Assembly (NCBI GenBank): GCA_002380945.1
Contig: DFWO01000190.1
Coordinates: 820-64,819, forward strand
Direction of reading: 5' to 3'
From: Methylococcaceae bacterium UBA4132
Lineage (GTDB): Bacteria; Pseudomonadota; Gammaproteobacteria; Methylococcales; Methylomonadaceae
Length of the DNA stretch: 64,000 nt
The translations under genes and the position numbers were made by a program. The notes beneath the pieces are model-generated. The model worked only from the letters and a program-made list of their open reading frames with translations. It did not search any database and was not told where the DNA came from. Shown piece by piece: positions 51,453 to 59,536 of the stretch; positions within the stretch are counted from its first letter, which is position 1; each line of letters starts with the position of its first letter.

Positions 51453-52004
51453 ATGCGTATTATTACATTATTGTTATTGCTGGCAATCACGGGTATAGCT
51501 CGCGCCGAAGTTTATAAATGCGCTACTCCAACAAAACAAATTATCTATCAACCTACGCCTTGTGCCTCAGGGACAGAAAATAAAAATATCGTTGTGATAG
51601 AGAAATTGAATCCCCAGCAACTAGAAGATGCTCAAAATCGACTAAAGGCGACAGAGGCAGAAAGGCAAGCATTAGATAAAGCAGAGCAAGAACGCCGTGA
51701 AGCTGACGAAGCAAGACAAGCTGTAGAAGCAGAAAAACGCGAAGCAGCTGCGGCAAGACAGCAAGCGGAAACGATGAATAATCCCTATCCTGTATATATT
51801 CCTTATCCCAATTATAACTATCGTTATCCTAGTTATAACTACAATTATCCGCAACGCCCTGTTGTTAATCCTTATTTGCCAACTAGACCACTTAATCCTA
51901 GTTTTGTACCGTATCCAGAACCCAATCCTAGTTTCTCGCCGTATCCTTCTTCTCCCTATCCTGCTCCTTATATGCCATGGTCACCCGCCTTTCCGACGCG
52001 ATAA
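51453..52004 (+). CDS. DUF4124-type secreted protein with coiled-coil and P/Y/N-rich tail
   Basis: Signal peptide, then VYKC...IIYQPTPC (DUF4124-like), an EAxxA/R-rich helix and a low-complexity NPYPVYIPYPNYNYRYPSYNYNYP tail. GGAGG RBS before 51453. Confidence 0.7.
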   Translation: MRIITLLLLLAITGIARAEVYKCATPTKQIIYQPTPCASGTENKNIVVIEKLNPQQLEDAQNRLKATEAERQALDKAEQERREADEARQAVEAEKREAAAARQQAETMNNPYPVYIPYPNYNYRYPSYNYNYPQRPVVNPYLPTRPLNPSFVPYPEPNPSFSPYPSSPYPAPYMPWSPAFPTR

Positions 52005-52053
52005 TAGGCATTACGAAATATGTTAAACTATTAAATTTATATATCTTCTATGG

Positions 52054-52521
52054 ATGAGCATTATGCGTATGAATCAAACAGTTATTTTTTTATTAGCCGT
52101 TATTTTTTCATTAGCGGCTCAGGCTGAATCATCTTCATTTGTTTCAGAAACAACTGTTCGCAAAACAGTGAGTGCAGATGGTAAAGTTATTTTTTCAAAA
52201 TCGGGATTTGCCGAAAGAAAACCAGCCAAACAGGCGACTCCAGTCGAAGAAGTAAAAGCACCGTCGAAACCCACTGCGCCAAAAGTCGATATTTACTACG
52301 CAAGTTGGGATCCTTATAGCAATAAAGCGATTGTGTTTTTTCGAGAAAATCACGTTGTAGTCAACGCTTATGATATTGATGTTGACCCAGAAGCGGCTGC
52401 TCGCAAAAAAAGAATAGACCCCGCATTTATCGGAATACCATTAGTTATTATTAATGGTGTAACTATTCGTGGCGTGGATGAAGAAAGGTATCGAGAGGCA
52501 TTAGCACTTCCTTCTCGATAA
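52054..52521 (+). CDS. Secreted glutaredoxin-fold protein lacking the CxxC cysteines
   Basis: Signal peptide. DIYYASWDPYSNKAIVFF aligns to the Grx motif (V)Y..WCPYC.KA with both Cys replaced. GIPLVIINGVTIRG matches the Grx T-V-P/GG region. Confidence 0.6.
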   Translation: MSIMRMNQTVIFLLAVIFSLAAQAESSSFVSETTVRKTVSADGKVIFSKSGFAERKPAKQATPVEEVKAPSKPTAPKVDIYYASWDPYSNKAIVFFRENHVVVNAYDIDVDPEAAARKKRIDPAFIGIPLVIINGVTIRGVDEERYREALALPSR

Positions 52522-52528
52522 GCAAACT

Positions 52529-52566
52529 GTAGAGAGTGTTGCTTTATCGTTTAGGCAAAGCAACAC
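52529..52566. repeat. GTAG-headed REP hairpin between convergent genes
   Basis: GTAGAGAGTGTTGCTTT-atcgtttaggc-AAAGCAACAC. Confidence 0.65.
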
Positions 52567-52574
52567 GAATTCAA

Positions 52575-53549
52575 TTAGACCACTCTATCGCAAGGTTCAT
52601 GACCTGCAAAAAAAGCGTCAATATTTGCCAATACGCGATTACCCATTGCAGTACGCGTTTCATGTGAGGCACTACCTAAGTGCGGCAATAACGCCACATT
52701 ATTTAAAGTCAAAAATTCAGGATTAAGATTTGGTTCACTTTCATAAACATCCAAACCCGCGCCTGCAATCCAACCTTCTTTCAACGCCTTAATCAACGCA
52801 TTACTGTCTACCACATCACCACGAGCGGTATTAATCAGATGGGCAGTAGGGCGCATTAATTTTAACCGCGCTTCATTGATTAAATGCTTAGTCGTAGCCC
52901 CACTTGGACAATGCAACGATACAAAATCCGCTTGCGCTAATAATTCATCAATACTACTGCAGCGTGTTGCTTTTAAATCATTAAGCACAGCTTGTTCAGG
53001 CGTAGACGTGGGCGTGTAATAAATGATATTCATATCAAAACCGTGATGGGCTTTTTTTGCCATTGCTTGCGCGATACGCCCAAAACCAATCAAACCAAGC
53101 GTTTTGCCTGTCACTTTCTGCCCCAATAATTGCGTAGGAGTCCAGCCAGTCCATTGTTTATTCAGAATTAAACGCTCACCTTCCGCAGCACGCCGCGCCG
53201 ACATCAACAACAACAGCATCGCAATATCCGCCGTGCAGTCCGTCAAAACGTGTGGCGTATTGGTAACAGTAATGCCTTCCGCTTTCGCCGCCTGAATGTC
53301 GATATTGTTATAACCGACTCCAAACTGCCCGATAATTTTGGCGCGTTTATTCGGCACAGACAACACATCGGCAGTTATCGCATCCGTGACAGTTGTCAGT
53401 ACTGCATCTGCTGTTTGCAAAGCGTGTTTCAATTCATCCGCACTCAGTGGCACATCGGATTCATTCAACTGCACATCGTACAATTGCGTTAATTGCGCCT
53501 CGACTTCACAAGGTAAATGACGGGTGACAATGACTTTAGGTTTGTTCAT
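52575..53549 (-). CDS. D-isomer-specific 2-hydroxyacid dehydrogenase, probable hydroxypyruvate/glyoxylate reductase
   Basis: NAD fold GLIGFGRIAQAMA, catalytic region NTARG..VD...L and HLGSAS. ATG at 53549 gives the MNKPKVIVTR start. Confidence 0.85.
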   Translation of the reverse strand: MNKPKVIVTRHLPCEVEAQLTQLYDVQLNESDVPLSADELKHALQTADAVLTTVTDAITADVLSVPNKRAKIIGQFGVGYNNIDIQAAKAEGITVTNTPHVLTDCTADIAMLLLLMSARRAAEGERLILNKQWTGWTPTQLLGQKVTGKTLGLIGFGRIAQAMAKKAHHGFDMNIIYYTPTSTPEQAVLNDLKATRCSSIDELLAQADFVSLHCPSGATTKHLINEARLKLMRPTAHLINTARGDVVDSNALIKALKEGWIAGAGLDVYESEPNLNPEFLTLNNVALLPHLGSASHETRTAMGNRVLANIDAFFAGHEPCDRVV

Positions 53550-53611
53550 AAGTATGACTCTTAAATAATTAATAAATACAATAGGATGCGCCGAGGTACG
53601 AAGTGCATCCT

Positions 53612-54116
53612 TCACTCGCCAAATGATAATCCTGAATTATTTTCTAAACCACCCCAATGATTGGCATAAATACCCAACGCCACATAATCATGAAAACTGG
53701 AATAACGCCAATCAAACACTTGATTTACCCAACCGTGTTTGACAGGATTCCAATGAATATAATCCACATGACGGTTAAAATCTTCTTGATTCATAATGAG
53801 GTGCGCCCAAAAACGCCGTTGCCAGAGTCCACGCTCCCTGCGTTTTTCACGGCTTGTGTTCACCTTGCGGAATCGAGCGTGAGAAATGCCCTTTTAATAA
53901 ATTCCAGCGCGTTGAAAAATCGGTATCATCGGGCGGTAACGTCCAAATGCAATGTAAATGTTCGGGCAAAATCACAATGGCATTAATATGAAATGGCTTG
54001 CGGGTTTTGACATAATGAAAAGAAGCCCTCAGCAAATCAATATGTTCAATCAACAAATGATTATTGTGCCGTTCAGCCAGATTGACAGTAAAAAAACCAA
54101 GTCGCATTCGGTACAT
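53612..54116 (-). pseudogene. REP-associated tyrosine transposase (RAYT, IS200/IS605-like Y1 transposase), single frameshift near 53850-53865
   Basis: HUH motif ILPEHLHCIW in ORF 53847-54116. ERGLWQRRFWAH...HVDYIHWNPVKHGWV...WRYSSFHDY in ORF 53612-53863. The two frames overlap at GGTGAACACAAGCC. Confidence 0.8.
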
Positions 54117-54161
54117 ATAATCGCCGATAGTGAGTCATGGGTTTATTTTAAGTGGATTACA

Positions 54162-54286
54162 TCTCGTTCCCAAACTCAGGTTTGGGAATGCCTATTACCA
54201 AGCTCCGCTTGGCGTACCAATGAATAAAACAGGTTAATATTCACGTTTAATAACGATTAAACATCAAGCAGAGCTTGGGAACGAGA
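54162..54286. repeat. REP cluster next to the RAYT gene, bounded by the inverted repeat TCTCGTTCCCA...TGGGAACGAGA
   Basis: GTTCCCAAACTCAGGTTTGGGAA hairpin, CCAAGCtccGCTTGG hairpin, and terminal CAAGCAGAGCTTGGGAACGAGA. Confidence 0.75.
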
Positions 54287-54310
54287 CACCTGACTAACGT
54301 ATGCGATAGC

Positions 54311-54508
54311 TTATTTAATTTTATATATGTAATTAAGAAAATGTAACAGTAATGCTATTGCGCTAAAAAAGAGAGAAATCCAAGGAATTACATCTTTTTT
54401 CCAAAAATCACGTCTTCTAAGTTCCTTTTTTGCAGCTATATATAACGGGCTTGTTGGTTCAGTTTGTACAGCTATGTTTTCAAGCTCTTCTATTGTTTTA
54501 TCACGCAT
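54311..54508 (-). CDS. 65-aa protein with a single C-terminal TM helix
   Basis: Starts 4 nt after the NTPase stop. WISLFFSAIALLLHFLNYIY hydrophobic helix. AT-rich. Confidence 0.55.
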   Translation of the reverse strand: MRDKTIEELENIAVQTEPTSPLYIAAKKELRRRDFWKKDVIPWISLFFSAIALLLHFLNYIYKIK

Positions 54509-54512
54509 AATT

Positions 54513-55904
54513 TCATCCTAGGTAATCTTTCAGTAACTGATTTTTTTTTGATAAAAGATTAATCATTGGTTCATTTACTATTGTTGGTCTATCAATTCCA
54601 GCACTTTGATAGTATCTACGTACAGATTCAATAACGCCTTCCGCAATATGAGTTGAAACCAGTATGTCACCAAATAATTCTCTATAAGACGCTAATCCAT
54701 CTATTTGTTTTAAATTAGATATAATTTTAGTTTCCTCATTAATCAATTGATTTGACAAGTTTAAAATTTCAGGAAATTTTTCTTCTGGCGGAAGTAACCT
54801 AATGCTCTTTGATATATTTTTTGATTCATCTAACCACATATCGTCTCTAAACATCTCTAAAAGAACGCTATTTTCACCCATTAGCTTCCATATAGCTTCT
54901 CCTTTAGGAGATAGATAAAGTTTTGACTCGGTATTGTTATCTATTGCTGATACTAATAGCAGTCTCTTTTTTAAAAGGTATTCAATTGTGTTATTTATAG
55001 TATCTTCTAAAGGATGATTTATACTAGGGGGGATTATATTGCATAATTTTTTAATTAATTCCGACTTTTCTAAAATTGTAAACCGTTCTTCATTTAGCTC
55101 ATTTTCGACTATAAATATCCTTACAATTTTCAAAGCCAATAATAAATATGGAGAATTACGCTTATAATGTAAAACATTAGATATAATCTGAGTTGAACCA
55201 TTAATATAAAAATCATTATTTTTATATCCAATAGCCTTTATAATAAGTATATTAGATGGCTTGCGAAACTGTCCTCTTCTTAATTGAAAATAGGGCTGAA
55301 TCATTTCATCTTTTTGAAGCCAAAATCCATAAGTTAGTAATTCTAATAAAATATCAAACGATTTTCTTACATTTAGATTACAAAGATTTAATAATATGTC
55401 TTGATTTTTAATTGCTAAATCGTGGCATATATCCATTACTACGTTGTAAGCTATATTCCACTCTTCCTGATTTTTTATTTCAGGTGTAGTATCCTGATCC
55501 GTAATAAAATCAAATCTTTTCTTAAATATATCAGCTAAATTAGGCGGTGTTGTAAGATTAATTGGTTCTTCTTGAAAACCAAATGCTGTAAACCAAGGTG
55601 CATTTATAAATAAATTCCTGTACGTTTCTGGTCTCTCTGAGACTAATAATTTTACAAAAACGTGAGACGCATTGTTTTGGAGACAGTCCCATGACTTGGC
55701 AGATAAATGAACAAATTCCGCTAAAAGCTCAGAATCCTTTATGGAATCTATATCGTCAATTATAATAATAATTGATGTTAAATTATTAATGAGTAGATAA
55801 AACTTTAATAATTCAAGATAAAACGAACGTTTTGATCCATTTTTTAACGCTCGAATAGTTACTGATTTAGACGGGTTTTCAGGGTCTTCAAATCGACCTA
55901 GCAC
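54513..55904 (-). CDS. C-terminal portion of a P-loop NTPase (Walker B plus helical/winged-helix-like region)
   Basis: Walker B-like SIIIIIDDID. The reading frame is open upstream of the first ATG, back to about 56034. Very AT-rich. Confidence 0.6.
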   Translation of the reverse strand: MLGRFEDPENPSKSVTIRALKNGSKRSFYLELLKFYLLINNLTSIIIIIDDIDSIKDSELLAEFVHLSAKSWDCLQNNASHVFVKLLVSERPETYRNLFINAPWFTAFGFQEEPINLTTPPNLADIFKKRFDFITDQDTTPEIKNQEEWNIAYNVVMDICHDLAIKNQDILLNLCNLNVRKSFDILLELLTYGFWLQKDEMIQPYFQLRRGQFRKPSNILIIKAIGYKNNDFYINGSTQIISNVLHYKRNSPYLLLALKIVRIFIVENELNEERFTILEKSELIKKLCNIIPPSINHPLEDTINNTIEYLLKKRLLLVSAIDNNTESKLYLSPKGEAIWKLMGENSVLLEMFRDDMWLDESKNISKSIRLLPPEEKFPEILNLSNQLINEETKIISNLKQIDGLASYRELFGDILVSTHIAEGVIESVRRYYQSAGIDRPTIVNEPMINLLSKKNQLLKDYLG

Positions 55905-55966
55905 TTGAGGAGAGTTTTTATAAATAAAGTCATAAAATGTTTCAGTGTCATAAAGTAAATTACTGT

Positions 55967-56365
55967 CTAGTTCTTTACATCTAATGCACCTAAGCGTTCT
56001 TCTATGTCTTCCTTTTTGTATATGCTCGCTCCATTAACAAACATAGGCAAAAGCAAAGACTTATCTATAATTTTTGCAGCAGACCCATCAATCGAAAAAA
56101 ATCCTTTGAGAGTTGTCGTTTTACCGATGCCTGTTAGACCTATAAAAAATTGTGCATTATTCTGTTGGTCTGTAGCAAATATATTAAGTTCCTCATGAAC
56201 TAATCCATTTGCTATATATATATTATTTAAATTAGGAAACTGTTGGCGATTTCGTGTTGGACTAAGAAGTGATGTAAATTGATGACGAAATCTACGAAAA
56301 ATATCATTCGTGCGGCGACGTTGTGATGATGAGTCATTACTACCGATATTTATTTTAAAATCCAT
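55967..56365 (-). CDS. N-terminal portion of the same P-loop NTPase (Walker A)
   Basis: Walker A GLTGIGKTT. The ORF ends at a TAG just after an A-run (GATGTAAAGAACTAG). One extra A would fuse it to the downstream frame (…GALDVKELDSNLLYD…). Confidence 0.6.
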   Translation of the reverse strand: MDFKINIGSNDSSSQRRRTNDIFRRFRHQFTSLLSPTRNRQQFPNLNNIYIANGLVHEELNIFATDQQNNAQFFIGLTGIGKTTTLKGFFSIDGSAAKIIDKSLLLPMFVNGASIYKKEDIEERLGALDVKN

Positions 56366-56402
56366 ATATGCGTACCTTGTACTCTGCTTATTTTATTATT
56401 TC

Positions 56403-56487
56403 AACTCGTAAGGCGGATTAGCGATAGCATAATCCGCCTTATGTTTGCCATCATTGCGGCGCAATACGCAAAGCTATTGCGCTCTAC
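56403..56487 (+). repeat. BIME-like double-hairpin REP element (copy 2)
   Basis: AACTCGT-AAGGCGGATTA-gcgatagca-TAATCCGCCTT, then GCGCAATA-cgcaaagc-TATTGCGC-tCTAC. Lies directly after the sga stop codon. Confidence 0.8.
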
Positions 56488-56490
56488 AAC

Positions 56491-57657
56491 TTACTTCGCA
56501 GTCGAACGGTAATACTCAATCGCCGCAGCAACGCCGCTACCTGCTTGAATATCAAAACCGCAATCTAGCATTGCCATTTCTGCACCTGCAATCGCACCTA
56601 GCATGGAAACGTCGTTCATGTCGCCCATGTGACCGATACGGAAGACTTTGCCCATGACTTCGGATAAACCGCCGCCGAAAGAAATGTTGTATTTGTTAAA
56701 CGCTGTGCTGATGACATCACGCGCATCTTTATCAGCGGGGACAACAATCGCGGTGACGCTGTTGGAGTGGAAACCGTCTTGCGAACAAGTTGTTAAACCC
56801 CATGCAGCAACAGCACGACGCACGCCTTCACCTAAACGGTAGTGACGCGCATAGATGTTGTCTAAACCTTCGGCAAACATCATATCTAAGGATTTACGCA
56901 AGCCGTATAACAGTGGCAAGTTGGGCGTGTAAGGTGTGTAACCTGTCGCGTTGTTGGTGATTTGGTCTTTTAAATCTAGGAAACAACGTGGGAAGTTTGA
57001 GGTTTCAGCGGCTTTTAGGGCTTTTTGGCTAAAGCCTAAGAACGCACCACCCGCAGGTAACATGAAACCTTTTTGCGAGCCGCTGATAATCGCGTCTACG
57101 CCCCAATCATCCATTTTAAATTCAATACTGCCGATTGAACTGACACCATCAACAAATAAGAAAGCAGGGTGATTTGCTGCGTCCAACGCTTTACGCACAC
57201 CAGCAATATCAGAAGTCACACCTGTTGAAGTTTCATTATGCGTGGCTAAAACGGCTTTGATTTCGTGCTTGGTGTCTTCTTTTAAACGCGCTTCTAGTTT
57301 GTCTAATGGAATGCCTTTGCCCCATTGTTCTTCGTGCAGTTCAACATCAAAACCTAAGCGTGTCGCCATGTTCGCCCACAAATGCGCGAATTGTCCAAAA
57401 CGGTAAATTAACACTTTGTCGCCTTGGTTTAAGACGTTAGTGAACGCAACTTCCCAACCTGCTGTGCCTGTTGCGGGGAAAATAAAGGCTTGCCCTGTCG
57501 TCGTGTTAAAGACTTTTTTCAAATCTTCTAACAGAGGCGTTAATAATTTGGGGAATACAGGTGAGCGATGATCTTCCATTGGAACGTGCATCGCATTCAG
57601 CACTTCATTTGGAACGTTAGTAGGACCTGGAATATAAAGATGGTTACGACCTGCCAT
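56491..57657 (-). CDS. sga: Serine-glyoxylate aminotransferase (class V aminotransferase)
   Basis: GRNHLYIPGPTNVP start and SGSQKGFMLPAG PLP-lysine region. Collinear with methylotroph Sga throughout. Confidence 0.88.
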   Translation of the reverse strand: MAGRNHLYIPGPTNVPNEVLNAMHVPMEDHRSPVFPKLLTPLLEDLKKVFNTTTGQAFIFPATGTAGWEVAFTNVLNQGDKVLIYRFGQFAHLWANMATRLGFDVELHEEQWGKGIPLDKLEARLKEDTKHEIKAVLATHNETSTGVTSDIAGVRKALDAANHPAFLFVDGVSSIGSIEFKMDDWGVDAIISGSQKGFMLPAGGAFLGFSQKALKAAETSNFPRCFLDLKDQITNNATGYTPYTPNLPLLYGLRKSLDMMFAEGLDNIYARHYRLGEGVRRAVAAWGLTTCSQDGFHSNSVTAIVVPADKDARDVISTAFNKYNISFGGGLSEVMGKVFRIGHMGDMNDVSMLGAIAGAEMAMLDCGFDIQAGSGVAAAIEYYRSTAK

Positions 57658-57906
57658 GATGGTGTCTCTTAAGTAGTAGTGAAAAAGTCCGCAATGATGA
57701 CATAGAGGTTAATAATCAGCAAGTTGCTTTTAAAGACCAAAAATAGGCAAAAATTTTCGGCAATTTGAATAAGCATTTTCTATAGTCTGTTATATAGAAA
57801 ACCTAAGAATAATACCGTGTGCAAGGTTCAAGCACGGATTTTGATATACAATACCAGTCAAGAATTATATTCCCCCTTAGCCTTATGTATTTTTGAGACT
57901 TACATT

Positions 57907-59493
57907 ATGAACTCTGAAGTGTTTTTGTCTGTTTTTACTTTGCTAATCGCTGTATTGTTCACCAAAGCACATCCATCAATTGGTACATTGTTTATGAATA
58001 GCTCGTTACCTAAATTATTGAAGCCATTACCTTGCACTAAATACCTAAGTGTTTTATTAGTCTCGTGTTTTTCATCTGTAACACTAGCCGCCGAAGAACC
58101 AGCAAAAGCATTGGATTTAACTCAACATTGGGTAGGTTATTCAGCCTTGGTTATTTTTGCCGTCGCTTACTCACTGGCAATGATTGAAGAAGTCACTGAG
58201 CTAAAAAAATCCAAACCGATGGTATTTGCCGCCAGTGTTATCTGGATATTAATTGCGGCTGTTTATGCCAGCCATGGTATGAGTGAACAAGCAGGTTTAG
58301 TGTTTCGTTCTGCTTTAGAAGGTTATGCTGAATTGTTTTTATTCATCATGGTATCGATGACTTATTTAAACGCAATGGAAGACCGAGGTGTATTTGAAAA
58401 CTTGCGTGTCTGGCTACTCAGTAAGAATTTTAGCTACCGTAAATTGTTTTGGATTACAGGTTTTCAAGCGTTTTTTATTTCCTCTGCCTGTAACAACTTA
58501 ACCACTGCGTTATTAATGGGGTCGGTGATTATTGCGATGGGGAAAAATAATCGCCAATTCGTCACCTTGTCTTGTATTAATGTCGTGGTTGCTTCCAACG
58601 CGGGTGGTTCATTTAGTCCTTTTGGTGATATTACAACGTTATTAGTTTGGCAAAAAGGTGTTGTACCCTTTGGTGATTTCTTTTCCTTGCTACTGCCTGC
58701 TATCGTTAATTTCGTGTTGCCTGCTGCCATCATGAATATGTTTATTTCCAAGGAAAGTCCAGAAGCGGTGATGGAAGCACAAGAAATGAAACGCGGTGGA
58801 TGGATTATTATCGGCTTATTCGCGCTAACGATTGTTACCTCGGCGTGTTTTGAAAACTTCCTGCATTTGCCACCTGCTGCTGGCATGATGCTGGGCTTAA
58901 CCTATCTATCATTTTTTAGTTACTATCTACAAAAAACTAAATCATCAATACACATCTACGCCCCAGTAAAAATTGATTATTTCGCGCCGATGAAATACAT
59001 GAACAACCCACAGGCACTAATAAAACCAGAAAAAGAGGAAATAGACCAATCCTTTGATGTATTTCATAAAGTAGCCAATTTAGAATGGGATACTTTATTA
59101 TTTTTTTATGGTGTCATGGTGTGTGTTGGTGGCTTGAGTTTTATCGGTTATTTAGAACTCACTTCCCACTATTTATACGGTGCAGAGGTTAATCCAACGA
59201 TTGCCAATATTGCAGTCGGTATTGCCTCTGCATTTGTTGATAACGGTACCATCATGTTGGCTGTATTGACCATGATGCCAGATATTTCCCAAGGTCAATG
59301 GCTATTAGTGACACTAACCGCTGGCGTTGGCGGTAGTTTGTTAGCGGTTGGTTCGGCGGCTGGTGTGGGCTTAATGGGGCAGGCAAAAGGTGCTTATACC
59401 TTTACCAGTCATCTAAAATGGACTCCAGTTATCGCACTAGGTTATTTCGGTAGTATCGCTGTGCATTTTCTAATTAATAGTCGTTTTTTTTAA
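57907..59493 (+). CDS. nhaD: NhaD-type Na+/H+ antiporter
   Basis: HWVGYSALVIFAVAYSLAMIEEVTELKKSKPMV segment typical of NhaD, with about 12 TM. The start is uncertain (57817, 57907 or 57994). Confidence 0.8.
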   Translation: MNSEVFLSVFTLLIAVLFTKAHPSIGTLFMNSSLPKLLKPLPCTKYLSVLLVSCFSSVTLAAEEPAKALDLTQHWVGYSALVIFAVAYSLAMIEEVTELKKSKPMVFAASVIWILIAAVYASHGMSEQAGLVFRSALEGYAELFLFIMVSMTYLNAMEDRGVFENLRVWLLSKNFSYRKLFWITGFQAFFISSACNNLTTALLMGSVIIAMGKNNRQFVTLSCINVVVASNAGGSFSPFGDITTLLVWQKGVVPFGDFFSLLLPAIVNFVLPAAIMNMFISKESPEAVMEAQEMKRGGWIIIGLFALTIVTSACFENFLHLPPAAGMMLGLTYLSFFSYYLQKTKSSIHIYAPVKIDYFAPMKYMNNPQALIKPEKEEIDQSFDVFHKVANLEWDTLLFFYGVMVCVGGLSFIGYLELTSHYLYGAEVNPTIANIAVGIASAFVDNGTIMLAVLTMMPDISQGQWLLVTLTAGVGGSLLAVGSAAGVGLMGQAKGAYTFTSHLKWTPVIALGYFGSIAVHFLINSRFF

Positions 59494-59536
59494 AAGATAT
59501 TTAAAAAATTCTCTCTAAATCGGAACAACATTGGCT

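Noticed and set aside
53657-54227. Plus-strand ORFs 53657-53986 and 53958-54227
   Set aside because: They are antisense to the RAYT gene, whose HUH and Y1-transposase C-terminal (WRYSS) motifs identify the minus strand as coding.
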